Source: Candidatus Methanophagaceae archaeon (lineage in GTDB: Archaea > Halobacteriota > Syntropharchaeia > Alkanophagales > Methanospirareceae). Taken from it: a DNA stretch of 35,468 bases. The position numbers and the translations under genes were made by a program. The notes below the pieces were generated by a model that was not told the origin of the DNA, did not search any database, and was given only the letters and a program-made list of their open reading frames with translations. Of the stretch, positions 10,572 through 21,495 are shown in pieces; position 1 is the stretch's first letter; each line of letters opens with the position of its first letter. Where the stretch lies: contig QENJ01000220.1 in NCBI GenBank assembly GCA_013374505.1, forward strand, positions 1-35,468, in the 5' to 3' direction.

Positions 10572-10630
10572 TATATGCGCATTGCGGATATAAAACCAAT
10601 TTGGGATGACATACGCATTACGGATATACC
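10572..10630. repeat. Two imperfect ~20-bp direct repeats, the first near-palindromic
   Basis: ATATGCGCATTGCGGATATA (10573-10592) and ACATACGCATTACGGATATA (10609-10628), 36 bp apart. Confidence 0.55.
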
Positions 10631-10704
10631 TACGTTAAGTGAACTAACTTTCCGGGGCTAAAAACGAAGAGGGCTGTTTTCTTCCCAAAGAATTATAGCT
10701 TACT

Positions 10705-12067
10705 TGGTAAGGTTCATAACATCGCTGACACGCAACACATTCAGAACTTGCACACGAACTCTTTTACAGTTTCATCACTTTTGTACTCATAAATCTTGAT
10801 AATCCCCGCCTTTTCCGCCTTCTGCCCCCGATAGTAGATCATCAATTGTTCCTGCTTCGTGTGAATGGTCGCCCAAACATATTCATAAGCCAACGATTTA
10901 TTGACCTCAAAATCTTCATTCAAGACATTGATAGTCCCGTCTTCCTTCACGTCCCTTATAAAGTGGACCTTTCCCTCAGTAATCGGCAGATTAATACCAT
11001 CAATCGTAAAATCCACAGGAATTTTGCGATGGCGTATAGACACCAGATTAGCATTCCGGTATTTCCAGTCCTGGCGATTGCTATGCCGTGTCAGGAAGAT
11101 TTTTGCTTCTCTTCGGAGGTGCTCTAGATCCGAGAATCGCTCTCGTGCCCACAATTTCTCTTCGAACTCGCCATTAAAGTCCTCTATCGTACCGTTCATC
11201 CACGGCTTCCTTGGTGCGATAAACACAGGTTCAACGCCAAAACAGAGGCATAGTCTAACAACGCGGCTGAAGTGTCTTGCGTGTCTCAAATCCCCAATGA
11301 AATATGCCCCATTATCCATCTGAATATATTTCGGAATCGCATTATTAGTCCAACAATCAAGTAGGAACTCGATCACTGTATCCATACTCCGGCCTGCGTA
11401 TTGCTGGATATATGCCTTGTTACCGAACGACATCAATCAAGTTCCGGGACGATATAGCACCATAACCTTTGATGTTTCTCGGTCCGATAAAGTCTATTTG
11501 ATGGACCTCATTGACTTTAGTCGGATTCAAAAGAGTGTACCGTTTCTTGGATTTGCACCGGACATATCGCTTTCTCTTTTGGATGAGCAGTTTATTCCTC
11601 TTGATTATGCGTTTAATTGTTGACAAACTTGGTGTATCACCTTCTGAGGATCCAAGCTCGTGCATTCGGAGTTGTATTTCTTCGGCTCCGATACAGCGAT
11701 ACTTTGTATCTTCGTTTTCTCCGTCCATCAATGACTTTCGCGCCTTCACCACAAGAGTTTCTAGCTCTTGATTAGTTTTCCGTTGCACTGTTTTCGGCGC
11801 ACGGGACTCTTCCCTGAACCATTCACTCCTATCACTTTTCTTGAAGTTACTGTGTCTTTCAATCCATTTGTACAACCACGTTCTTGACCTATCAATACTT
11901 CCACAAATTTGGGCTGCTCGTTCGCCTCTAAGGTATCGATTAACTGGATCGATACGCACCTGTTCCTCTTTCGTGTAGTTTGTTTTTGCCATAACGCATC
12001 ATCAGATGCACTATGGCTTTTTTATGCAGAAATTACCTAATTGTAAGCGATGTGTTGAGCCTTTCCA
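10705..12067 (-). mobile_element. IS481-like insertion sequence (~1.36 kb) with a frameshifted transposase
   Basis: 26-bp imperfect TIRs at 10705-10730 (TGGTAAGGTTCATAACATCGCTGACA) and 12042-12067, 21/26 matching. ACT flanks both ends (possible 3-bp TSD). HTH + DDE transposase inside. Confidence 0.85.
10741..11992 (-). pseudogene. DDE (rve) transposase split by a 1-nt insertion near 11425
   Basis: ORF 11420..11992 (HTH, 'HQIDF') joins ORF 10741..11436 ('QMDNG', 'PWMNGTIEDFNG') if one base is removed at GTC GTT C GGT AAC. No slippery motif is visible. Confidence 0.82.
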
Positions 12068-12137
12068 ACTACGTAACTACTCCAACAGATTGGATCTATG
12101 TAGGCCCTTGATAGGTGATAAAAACTGGGTGATAGAA

Positions 12138-12314
12138 ATGAAAAACACAAAGAAAAGTTTGTGGGGTGAAGGCAGTTTGATGGTAGGGGCATCATCATCC
12201 GCCGTGAGTATTGCTATCAACCCCACAGGCATTTTTTATTTTATTGCATTTGTGGTTTTACTCCTGATTGTGATTTTGATCTGGAGATATTGGAGGAAGA
12301 ACACCATTAAGTAA
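12138..12314 (+). CDS. Small membrane protein (58 aa)
   Basis: ATG at 12138 preceded by GGTGA; hydrophobic helix followed by WRYWRK. The longer tracked ORF starts inside the IS end. Confidence 0.5.
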   Translation: MKNTKKSLWGEGSLMVGASSSAVSIAINPTGIFYFIAFVVLLLIVILIWRYWRKNTIK

Positions 12315-12440
12315 AAGCAAAATATCTGGTGTAAAATTATTATGCAAATGAAGATATGGTGACTTTTGAGTAAATGTTTGCGAACTGGAATCTGAGAGTC
12401 CCATAGCGGCTTTTTAGACTGGTATTGCATTCATTTATAT

Positions 12441-13525
12441 TGTACTATAACAAGTACTTTTTCAGCATATAATCAACAGCAATACCTGAAACATATTCCC
12501 AATATTTCCATCGTTTAATGAAGGCACCTTTATGCCAAACTTTGAGTCCTCTCAATGTATCTCTGACTTCCACGGTTTCACCAGCCATTTTTTCACTCAC
12601 GTGATACCTTTTCCCCTCAAATTTAACTTTGCCGTTTTCTTTTACTATTCTTTCCGCTTTTTCAAAAAACTGATAATTATCATAGAAACATTTCCGGTCC
12701 TGACTGTGAGCTCTTTCCTTCTTTCCATTTCCCTTTGGATTCTCTACCTCTATTGGGACATCCACGATGCTGAGCATCTGAAGTAACCGAGAGACAACTC
12801 CATTATCGTACTCGCCACCGTTGTCGTGATGGAATAATTCGGGTTTGCGGTGCAACCTGAAAGCTCGAAGGATGGTTAATACAACGAAATAGGAAAGCTT
12901 CTTCGGGAATACGCAAAGAGCCATGTAGCCTCTTGAATAGTCGTCTTCAACATAGATTTGGCATATTAGCGACCCGTTTCCGAGCGTAACCTCCCTGGTA
13001 TCTGCGTGATACATGACGTGTGGCCTGGGTTTTTCATAAAAAATCACTTTCTCGACAATTTCAGAAGATTTATACCGCTCAGGATCGAGAACACGCAAAA
13101 AGCTCATTGTAGGGACGTGAACAGCAAATTCATACGACAGAAGTAAAGACAAATTCCATGAACCAATCCCAGGCTACTGCTGTTTGCTTCTTTAATTGCC
13201 TCTATTCGCCCAGAATCACCATTTGGGGTTCTCTGAGGATTTGTCAACGGGTTCGTGTAGACCATGGATATTCCCCACACCTTCGCGACTCCTCAAATCC
13301 CTGTTTTTGGACTTGAATTTTTATCCTCTTTTTCTCCGTTGTTTTTTTTGAACGCCGCCCGGTATCTTTTTATCTGATGTCGCTGTAATATCCGTTCAAT
13401 TGTTCTGACAGTCTTGTCAAATCCATACAGCTCTGTAACTATGTTCCAAATATCATTTGCGTCCAATTCCTTATTATCTGTAGCTATCTGTACTATTTTT
13501 GTCTCAATATCCTCTGGTGTTTTTA
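12441..13525 (-). mobile_element. Decayed IS481-like element: one TGTA end, 5'-truncated, internally deleted/frameshifted transposase
   Basis: ORF 12445..13152 has the DDE motifs HADT / HDNGGEY / NGKKER. An upstream out-of-frame piece reads KTPEDIETKIVQIA...VRTIERILQRH. The stop abuts TACA at 12441-12444. No matching second TIR was found. Confidence 0.75.
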
Positions 13526-13570
13526 TATATATTCACAAGTCCATTATAAATTAAGATCGAGAGATAAAAA

Positions 13571-15247
13571 ATGGATCCATATTACCTGACACTAGTGCTG
13601 TACCTAATCCTGATTTACTGGTTTATTGTGGTAGTTCTCGACAGAAAGGGCATTTTAGAGCGATATAATATCTCTGCCTACGGCCCCATTCTGATGATAA
13701 GGACGCTAAGAGGTCAGGATTTTCTGGACAGTATGGCAAAAGGCGAACAAAGGAAAAGATTCTGGCGTATTTATGCCAATATCGGTACTGTCTTAGTACT
13801 TATAGCCATGGTGTTCATGGTAGTCCTCGTGGTGTCTAGCGTGTACTTAACGTTTTTGATGCAACCTGAACCAACGGAGTTGAACGAACCACGTAATTTG
13901 CTGCTTATACCAGTATTAAATGAGTTTATACCTATGTGTGCCTGGATCGGGTTTGTAGTTGCGTTAGTTGTGCATGAGTTTTCGCATGCTATTTTGAGTG
14001 TCGTAGAGCGGATAAAAATAAAGTCAATGGGGCTTTTAGTCCTGGTGGTGCCGATAGGTGCATTCGCAGAGCCAGATAGCGAACAACTATTTGGTAAAAA
14101 AGAAGAAAAAGGAAAGAATAAAGCGGAATACCCGTTAGAGCCCGATAAAGATACGGAAGACGGGAAAAGTAAGAAAATAGCAACGTCTCGTGAACGAACA
14201 CGCATACTTTCCGCAGGTGTAACGAGCAATTTCTGCGTGGCGTTAATTGCATTTGTCCTATTCTTTGGGATTTTATTTTCCATTCAGCCCGTCAGTGACA
14301 CGGTACTTTATGTTTATGATGTTGCCGAAGGCAGTCAAGCGGAAAAATATGGTATCGCACCGGAAACGTTCATCACAAAAATTGACGGTTCAAAGACTAT
14401 GGGCGTAGAAGGAATGAACCTTGTGCTGAAAGAACGGCGTGAGACTTCGCTCACGGTACTGGACAAAACGAGCAAAGAGAGAGAGATACTCGTAATTGAT
14501 GGCACTGAACGAGAAGGGGTGGCAATAGTAAGGGTGGAAGGGGGCACACCTGCTGCTAAAGCTGGTATGAATGATGGTATGTTCATAATAAGGATGGACA
14601 ACAGGAGCATAACCGGGCATAACGATTTCCATGAGTTCATGAATCATACTTTACCCGGGCAGGAAATAGAAGTGCAAACCGGGGAAGAAACGTTTATTGT
14701 AAATCTGGCGAAATCACCGTATTACGCTAATAGGGGCTATTTGGGCATTGGCATCGCCAATAACCCCTTGGGTATGACCGTGGTGGATTTTTCCATAACC
14801 GGTTACCTGCACTATCTGCGTGGTGTATCCCATTCTCTTCTGGTTCTTTCACCCCGCGGGTGGCTGATGTTGACAATCATGCCTTTTGGGACGCTCGATC
14901 AGGGTGGATTCAGCACTTTTAATCCGCTACTATCGCATTTTTATGAGCCCGTAGGTATGGCATCTTTATTCGGCGAAAGTATCTTCTTCATTGCCGACAT
15001 CCTGTTCTGGATCGGCTGGATTAATTTCTATGTGGGGTTATTTAACTGTCTGCCTGCTATTCCGCTGGATGGTGGCTATGTATTTCGCGAGATGCTGAAT
15101 TCTGTGCTGGGGGTAGGCATAAAGGATAAGAAGAAGAAAGAGAAAGTTTCAATGGCTATCGTTAGTATTGTGGCAGTCCTCATCCTTATAGCCATCGTTT
15201 TCATGATTGTGAGTCCTTACGTATTCAGATTTTTTGCTGCTGGATGA
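13571..15247 (+). CDS. Site-2 protease (peptidase M50) with PDZ domains
   Basis: HEFSH zinc motif, 'FNCLPAIPLDGG', and two PDZ-like segments (VAEGSQAE, VEGGTPAAKAG). Confidence 0.93.
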   Translation: MDPYYLTLVLYLILIYWFIVVVLDRKGILERYNISAYGPILMIRTLRGQDFLDSMAKGEQRKRFWRIYANIGTVLVLIAMVFMVVLVVSSVYLTFLMQPEPTELNEPRNLLLIPVLNEFIPMCAWIGFVVALVVHEFSHAILSVVERIKIKSMGLLVLVVPIGAFAEPDSEQLFGKKEEKGKNKAEYPLEPDKDTEDGKSKKIATSRERTRILSAGVTSNFCVALIAFVLFFGILFSIQPVSDTVLYVYDVAEGSQAEKYGIAPETFITKIDGSKTMGVEGMNLVLKERRETSLTVLDKTSKEREILVIDGTEREGVAIVRVEGGTPAAKAGMNDGMFIIRMDNRSITGHNDFHEFMNHTLPGQEIEVQTGEETFIVNLAKSPYYANRGYLGIGIANNPLGMTVVDFSITGYLHYLRGVSHSLLVLSPRGWLMLTIMPFGTLDQGGFSTFNPLLSHFYEPVGMASLFGESIFFIADILFWIGWINFYVGLFNCLPAIPLDGGYVFREMLNSVLGVGIKDKKKKEKVSMAIVSIVAVLILIAIVFMIVSPYVFRFFAAG

Positions 15248-15308
15248 CTCTACTGCGTGTGCATAAAGAAGGTTTTATTTGAAATGCTATATTACATATC
15301 GTAACACA

Positions 15309-16115
15309 ATGCAAAACCTAAAAGAAGGCGAACTTGTGCATCTGATAGATAAAAGAGGCAGAAGGTACCAGCTTTTATTAAAAGCAGGGTCTTCTTTCTC
15401 GTCCACTCATGGCGCTATTTCGCATGATGATATAATCGGCCTGGAAGACGGTAGTGTCATAAGGTCATCGCTCAGAGACTCTATTTTTGTTGTACGACCA
15501 ACGTTAGCGGAATACATAACTAAGATGCGAAAAGGCGCGCAGATAATATACCCAAAAGACATCGCAGTCATTTTAATGCTTGCGGACATATTTCCGGGTG
15601 CAAAAGTGTTAGAAGCGGGTACAGGATCTGGAGCTCTTACGACGGCTTTACTCCGTGCGGTGGGCAAAGACGGAATAGTAGTATCATATGAAAAGAACAC
15701 CGAATTTCAGGCGGTTGCACAGAAAAACATAGATACTTTCTTCGGTAAGGTAGAGCGTACGGACTGTTCGGGGGAGCTGATACTAAAGGAGCAGGATGTG
15801 TACCAGGGCATAGAAGAGAAAGAATTGGACCGCATACTATTGGACCTTTCAGAGCCCTGGCGAGTACTGGAACACGCAGAAGAATCGTTGTTAAACGGTG
15901 GGATCCTCCTTTGCTACAATCCCACGGTACTGCAAATATACAAGCTATCGCGAAGGTTGGAATTGCGATACGGTAGAAGCTTTCGTACGATGGGTATTTA
16001 TGAAGTTGGTCTGCGTGAATGGGAGATAAAAGATCGAAGCATGCGTCCCGAGCATAAAATGATAGCACATACGGGGTTTATTTTTGTAGCAAGAAAATGT
16101 ACCGCGCGTGGATAG
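15309..16115 (+). CDS. trmI: tRNA (adenine-N1)-methyltransferase TrmI/GCD14
   Basis: 'AQIIYPKD', 'VLEAGTGSGALT', 'LDLSEPW', 'RPEHKMIAHTGF'; ATG at 15309 preferred. Confidence 0.93.
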   Translation: MQNLKEGELVHLIDKRGRRYQLLLKAGSSFSSTHGAISHDDIIGLEDGSVIRSSLRDSIFVVRPTLAEYITKMRKGAQIIYPKDIAVILMLADIFPGAKVLEAGTGSGALTTALLRAVGKDGIVVSYEKNTEFQAVAQKNIDTFFGKVERTDCSGELILKEQDVYQGIEEKELDRILLDLSEPWRVLEHAEESLLNGGILLCYNPTVLQIYKLSRRLELRYGRSFRTMGIYEVGLREWEIKDRSMRPEHKMIAHTGFIFVARKCTARG

Positions 16116-16280
16116 TATTTATGCCCCAGTATATGCGGGTCCACTTATAACGCTGGATATTGTCATGAAGCTTTTTTTATTGTGTCGTTATACCTACTTT
16201 ATTTAAACGAAAAAGCGTATTGATATATTACTCATATGACAAAAATGTTAGGTCTGTCACGTTAAAGGGGTGAGTGAAAG

Positions 16281-19130
16281 GTGAAAGCAGGTACGAAGAA
16301 GATATGGACTTTAACAACGGGGTTGCTCATTCTGATGAGTGTGTTTGCAGTGTGCATAGCGGTGTCTGTATTTGCACAGCCGACACAGTTTCTAAGCTCT
16401 GCGGAACTGTCACAGTTCTTCGATACAGGAAAACCAGCTAATCCTTACCCTAGCATCTCGGGCATACACAACGGAACTTTAACGCCGAAAGTGACAATAC
16501 ATAATGTATCCAAGCTTTACACGTATCCCTGCCCTGGAACCGGTGGGCATACCGAGCACGTTGCATTTTATGATTCGACAACTGACGCCCTGATAACGGA
16601 AGGGTATTGGAATGGCTACACAGATGACGATCGGCACAATGTCTCTTTCTCTGCTTTCACAATGTATGCGGGTATTACTTACAAATTCAGCATACGCACA
16701 GGCTCATATCCGCAGATAATTCATAATCAAACGTTTACAAATGATTATGGCACAATCAACTGCACAGAGTTCATTGATGCAAACGGGCGTTCGCATAACA
16801 ATTGGATACCTGCGCTTCGTCTGTCTGGCAATTTTGTACTCGCAGAAACGGGCTATTGTAATCCAAAGACCGCGTTCACGTCGCACTACAATCCCGTGAA
16901 CATCACGGTAAATCCCTGCGTGCCTCGGTACCAATTACCATTGAACGAGACAGAACTCACGAATTTTGAAACTATAACGTCTCTTGTATTGAGTCAGCAG
17001 GAAAGCGAACTGCTAAAGACGAACGGTTTCGTTATACTGGATTACGGGACGGAAACAGATATTGTAGATCCGTATGAACACATGAAGGAACGTGACATTC
17101 CTATATTCGTTACTGCGGATACATTACTCCATCTTTACCATATCCAGTTCAATGAGATACTCAAAGGAATTGAGGAGCGAGAATTCTTTGATGCACTCGT
17201 GGATATGAGTAATGCAATGCTCGAACGGTCTAAGACAGATTATGAAACTTTTGATGACCCGGCGATGAAGGAAGCGGCGAGAAGAAATGTCGCTTATTTC
17301 TCGGTTGCCTTGACGCTGTTGCAAACGCCGACCGAGGGTTATGATGCAGAAGCGGAGAAGAAGGCGATCGAAGAGTGGAATAAAGAGAACCCGTGGGATA
17401 CGAAAACATTTGTGCCTATAAAAAAAGTGGACTTCTCTACCCCGGATTACGTGAAAATGGACGTAAATGAAGAGTTGGAAAATATAGGGGACCACCAGGG
17501 TTTTTTACCAAGCTACATATTCAACTCTGACCCAAATAGAGGTTGTGATGATAAATGCTGTTACTGTGAGGATTATTCGCAATACGTGCCAAGAGGGCAT
17601 TACACACGAAGCGAGATGCTGAAGCGATATTTCAAAGCGATGATGTGGTATGGCAGGATGGCGTTTCTTTTGAAAGGTGGGGACGTTAGTGAGTGCGGTG
17701 GCGGAGAAGCTCCACTATTAACAGAAGAAGACGCAAAAATTGCTACTATTCAAGCAACTTTGATTTCTTCCGAATTACCCGCGGTCGAAGTAGGTGATAC
17801 GACCACGCAGGAACTATGGACACGGATGTATTCGGTAACCGCCTTTTTTGTTGGTAGTGCAGATGATTTGACGCCGTATGATTACCAAAACGCTATCGGC
17901 GAAGTGTTTGGTTCCGACTTTGATGTTACGGCGTTAGCGGATGATGAGAACTTACTGAATCTAAAAGCGGAACTGGCAAAATTGCCAAGTCCCGAGATAT
18001 ATGGTGGTTCGGGCGTTTGCGTGGTATATCCGCCGATAACGCGCGAAAAACTGCAAGGCTGTCTAGCGAAAACCAAAGGTTTAAGGTTTATGGGGCAGCG
18101 GTTCATTCCCGATTCTTATATGCTCCAGCAATTGGTTTCTCCTGCGGTTGGGCTATATGCAGGAACGAACTGCGAAGATGCTTTTACGTGCTGTTACTCA
18201 GATGTAGGACCCGCAAGATGTTTTCCACGCGGTCTGGATGTGATGACGGTCTTAGGCTCGGAAAGGGCGGAAGCGATCTTGAAAGAAGAAGGCGATACCG
18301 AATACGCAGGTATGAATACCAGTTACCAGCAACAATTGTATTCGTTAGAACATGAATTCGACCAGTTTAACGTTTCTGATTGGAATAGAAACCTGTACTG
18401 GTCGTGGCTGTACACGTTGAAAACGCTCCTTAAAGATTACCCCGCGGGATATCCAACTTTTATGCAGACCGAAGCATGGCAAAATAAGGAGTTGCAGACG
18501 GCTCTCGCTTCCTGGACGGAATTACGGCATGATACGATACTTTATGCCAAGCAGAGTTATACTAATCGAGTATCGGAGCCACTACCACTACCGGTCCATG
18601 AGGTAGTAGGCTACGTGGAACCAGTACCAGAATTTTACGCTCGGTTATTGTCATTAACGGAAATGACAGAAAACGGACTGGAAGACTTGGATGCCCTGAA
18701 TGAAACAGAGAAAGCAAGGCTACAAAGTTTAGAAGGCATTCTTGAGCGGTTGATCACAATATCGGTGGATGAACTTGAGAACAAGGAGTTGAGCGAAGCC
18801 GATTACGAGTTCATATCGGATTTTGGCGAGAATATGGATTCTACTATTGAAGGCGTGAGTAAAGAAGGCAAAGAAACCACGATTGTTGCGGATGTGCATA
18901 CTGATTGTAATACCGGAAAGGTTCTGGAAGAAGGAGTCGGATACGTGAAACTGATTTTAGTTGCCTACAAGGTTCCGGACGGCAGCATAATAGTGGGTGC
19001 GGGTCCGGTATTCAGCTATTACGAGTTCAAACACCCTATGGGGGACCGGTTGACCGATGAGGCGTGGAAGGAGATGCTACAAAATAATCCGCCGGAAGAG
19101 CCTGAATGGGTTAAAGGGTTTAAGGCTTGA
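16281..19130 (+). CDS. Secreted DUF3160-family protein with an N-terminal ANME-type extracellular domain
   Basis: Signal peptide, then 'FDTGKPANPYPSISG...WIPA' module, then DUF3160-like 'EDYSQYVPRGHYT', 'YFKAMMWYGR', 'SWTELRHDTILYAKQSY', 'GPVFSYYEF...RLTDEAW'. Confidence 0.85.
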   Translation: MKAGTKKIWTLTTGLLILMSVFAVCIAVSVFAQPTQFLSSAELSQFFDTGKPANPYPSISGIHNGTLTPKVTIHNVSKLYTYPCPGTGGHTEHVAFYDSTTDALITEGYWNGYTDDDRHNVSFSAFTMYAGITYKFSIRTGSYPQIIHNQTFTNDYGTINCTEFIDANGRSHNNWIPALRLSGNFVLAETGYCNPKTAFTSHYNPVNITVNPCVPRYQLPLNETELTNFETITSLVLSQQESELLKTNGFVILDYGTETDIVDPYEHMKERDIPIFVTADTLLHLYHIQFNEILKGIEEREFFDALVDMSNAMLERSKTDYETFDDPAMKEAARRNVAYFSVALTLLQTPTEGYDAEAEKKAIEEWNKENPWDTKTFVPIKKVDFSTPDYVKMDVNEELENIGDHQGFLPSYIFNSDPNRGCDDKCCYCEDYSQYVPRGHYTRSEMLKRYFKAMMWYGRMAFLLKGGDVSECGGGEAPLLTEEDAKIATIQATLISSELPAVEVGDTTTQELWTRMYSVTAFFVGSADDLTPYDYQNAIGEVFGSDFDVTALADDENLLNLKAELAKLPSPEIYGGSGVCVVYPPITREKLQGCLAKTKGLRFMGQRFIPDSYMLQQLVSPAVGLYAGTNCEDAFTCCYSDVGPARCFPRGLDVMTVLGSERAEAILKEEGDTEYAGMNTSYQQQLYSLEHEFDQFNVSDWNRNLYWSWLYTLKTLLKDYPAGYPTFMQTEAWQNKELQTALASWTELRHDTILYAKQSYTNRVSEPLPLPVHEVVGYVEPVPEFYARLLSLTEMTENGLEDLDALNETEKARLQSLEGILERLITISVDELENKELSEADYEFISDFGENMDSTIEGVSKEGKETTIVADVHTDCNTGKVLEEGVGYVKLILVAYKVPDGSIIVGAGPVFSYYEFKHPMGDRLTDEAWKEMLQNNPPEEPEWVKGFKA

Positions 19131-19142
19131 ATTATTATTCTT

Positions 19143-19958
19143 TTAGCCATACATGTATTGAGATGCGTCAGCCCCGATTCCATCACCGCGATAGACAGCA
19201 GCTTCCTCCTTTTGGCGTTGTAATCGTTCTTCCACACCTTCTGCACTTTCTGTAAGCATCTTTTCTATCTTTTCCGTCTCTATCATTAGCCCTGACATTT
19301 TCTTAAAAGCTCTGAGTGCTCCGGCACATGCTCTCAAATCCTCCGGATATTTGCCCACGCCGAGAATAGAGTAGCTTTCAATGCCCAGTTTAGCAGCAAA
19401 ACCCGGTAGAAGACCGGTTTTACGAATTATGGAATACCTACCTATGTTCTTCCGTGTCATCTTTTCTGTTCCCGACGAAACTTCCTTATCCGAGCCTTCA
19501 AAGAATCCGACATACGCTTCTATTCCGGGCTCTAAATCACGAAAAGGTTCTTGAAAGGGCATGATAACACCCACAGTATATAACTCTTTGACATTGAGCA
19601 CTTTTGCGATGCGAGCTATGGTCTATGCATGTTTATACGCCGCTTTTGGTATATATTCGGTCTCGGGATATTTGCCTACATAACAAAACAACTGCATTTC
19701 CTCGCTGTACCAAATCTCGTCATGCGGGATTTCAAATTCGTCCGCACGCGCTTCCGCCATAGGCGGGAAGTTATAAGAATACAAATCCAATATCTCCTCA
19801 GAATCAGTTAAAAGCTCCTTCAGATGGTAAGGTATGATATTTCCCAGCGGAGGAAACCCTGCAATTAAGATATTATCGTTTTTCTTTGCCTTCTTTTTAA
19901 ACTTCTCCTCGTCCACGTTCCAGTAAATCGAGATCTCGTCTATTTCAAAACGTTCCAT
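19143..19958 (-). pseudogene. PAC2-family proteasome chaperone/activator (PbaA/PbaB-like) with an in-frame TAG at 19623-19625
   Basis: The two tracked ORFs share one frame, joined by TAG-TIARIAK-V. PAC2-like 'ILIAGFP', 'LYSYNFPP', 'LNVKELYTVG', 'TGLLPGFA' and C-terminal HbYX-like MYG. Confidence 0.75.
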
Positions 19959-20032
19959 TTTTACGCATCATTAAATTAGCAAGAGGATAATAGAATAAAT
20001 AGAACATATACATAACTATTAAGGGTTGACAA

Positions 20033-21214
20033 ATGAGAGAGGATAGACATGACGTTGTAGTGGTAGGGGCAGGACCCGCAGGTAGTGTAACTGCGAGAGT
20101 TCTCGCAGAGCGTGGATTAGACGTCCTTTTGATAGATAGGAATCTGGAGATCGGCGTGCCGGTAAAATGTGCGGAAGGTGTGAGTAAAGAGATAAAAGAC
20201 CTTGTTACGCTCGATGAGAAATGGATATGTGCAGAGGCAAAAGGAGCGCACATATACAGTCCCGATGGCACGAAAGTGGTGATGGGCGAAGATAACATGG
20301 ATGAAGTGGGCTATGTGCTCGAGCGTAGATTATTTGACAAGTTCCTTGCAAGCGAAGCTGCAAGAGCCGGCGCAGAGTTGCGTATAAAAACAGAAGCTTA
20401 TGACGTCATCAAAGGAGACGGCTATGTGAAAGGCGTCTATGTTCGCGGTATGGATGGCAATACACGCATACATGCACAGATCGTGGTGGGTGCGGACGGT
20501 GTGGAATCGCGGGTGGGCAGATGGGCAGGCATGGACACGCGGCTGTCGCCTTCTGAAGTAACTACCTGTGCTGAGTACCTGATGTGTGGTATCGAGTTTG
20601 ACCGGGAACATTCAGAATTTTTCGTGGGCAGTAATATAGCACCAAAAGGCTATGCCTGGGTATTTCCAAAAGGCGGAGATTGCGCGAATGTGGGTCTCGG
20701 GATATGCGGAGATGTCAGTGGTGAAAACCATCGTGCAATTGATTATTTGAATGCTTTCGTACGTGACAAGTTCCCGAAAGGCAAAATAGTGGCTGAGATG
20801 TACGGTGCGGCACCGCTTAGTGGCCCGTTAAAAGAAAACGTGGCGGACGGGCTTGTTTTAGTAGGTGATGCGGCAAGACAGATAAATCCCATTACCGGTG
20901 GCGGTATTACGTATGCAATGCACGCAGGTGAAATAGCAGGCGATGTAATAGCAAAGGCGGTACAGGAAAAGGATTGTTCAAAGAAGAGGTTGAAGGAATA
21001 CGAGAGTAGATGTAAAGCAAAATTTGGTAAAAGGCTGGATGCCGGTTTGAAAACAAAGGAGTTCTTCTTCAGGATCTCGGACGACGACCTTAATACACTT
21101 GGTCATTCAGTAGAAGGCATAAAAATAGCGGAGATTAATCCTAGAGCACTACTGATGGAATTGATAAAGAAGAATCCAAAGATGCTGCTAGGATTGGCGC
21201 GGCAGTTGCTATAA
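20033..21214 (+). CDS. Digeranylgeranylglycerophospholipid reductase (GGR, paralog 2)
   Basis: GAGPAG, 'PVKCAEG', canonical 'GYAWVFP', 'VGDAARQINPITGGGI'. Confidence 0.92.
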   Translation: MREDRHDVVVVGAGPAGSVTARVLAERGLDVLLIDRNLEIGVPVKCAEGVSKEIKDLVTLDEKWICAEAKGAHIYSPDGTKVVMGEDNMDEVGYVLERRLFDKFLASEAARAGAELRIKTEAYDVIKGDGYVKGVYVRGMDGNTRIHAQIVVGADGVESRVGRWAGMDTRLSPSEVTTCAEYLMCGIEFDREHSEFFVGSNIAPKGYAWVFPKGGDCANVGLGICGDVSGENHRAIDYLNAFVRDKFPKGKIVAEMYGAAPLSGPLKENVADGLVLVGDAARQINPITGGGITYAMHAGEIAGDVIAKAVQEKDCSKKRLKEYESRCKAKFGKRLDAGLKTKEFFFRISDDDLNTLGHSVEGIKIAEINPRALLMELIKKNPKMLLGLARQLL

Positions 21215-21495
21215 CACTTTTTATTGCGACTCTTCGCCTGATCTTTATTTATCTTTTAGGCATACCGCTTGTGGCTCATCGAAATCAAAATGTCACACGT
21301 ATTGAACTTTTTTAAAAGGCAATCGAAATATTTATTGGGAACGTGTGCAAGAAGTTATTAGGCTATGGTAAAACTTAAAACACTGTTCCTCAAATATCTA
21401 TATTATGTTCTCAGTCGTGGTTGTGTCTTAGCACTGATGAAAGACGACCACATGCAGGACTAAAATAGTACAAATGCGGGGTGATTGACTAATAA

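Noticed and set aside
11415-11440. Programmed frameshift in the transposase
   Set aside because: No slippery A-run at the junction; a single-base insertion explains it.
12006-12137. N-terminal extension of the small membrane protein
   Set aside because: Starts inside the IS terminal region; the ATG at 12138 has a proper RBS.
10705-13525. Composite transposon carrying the small membrane gene
   Set aside because: The two IS remnants have different ends and transposases, and there is no shared flanking TSD.
21418-21452. Hammerhead ribozyme or fluoride riboswitch (CTGATGA)
   Set aside because: No stem II between CTGATGA and GAAA, and no matching 5' riboswitch element.
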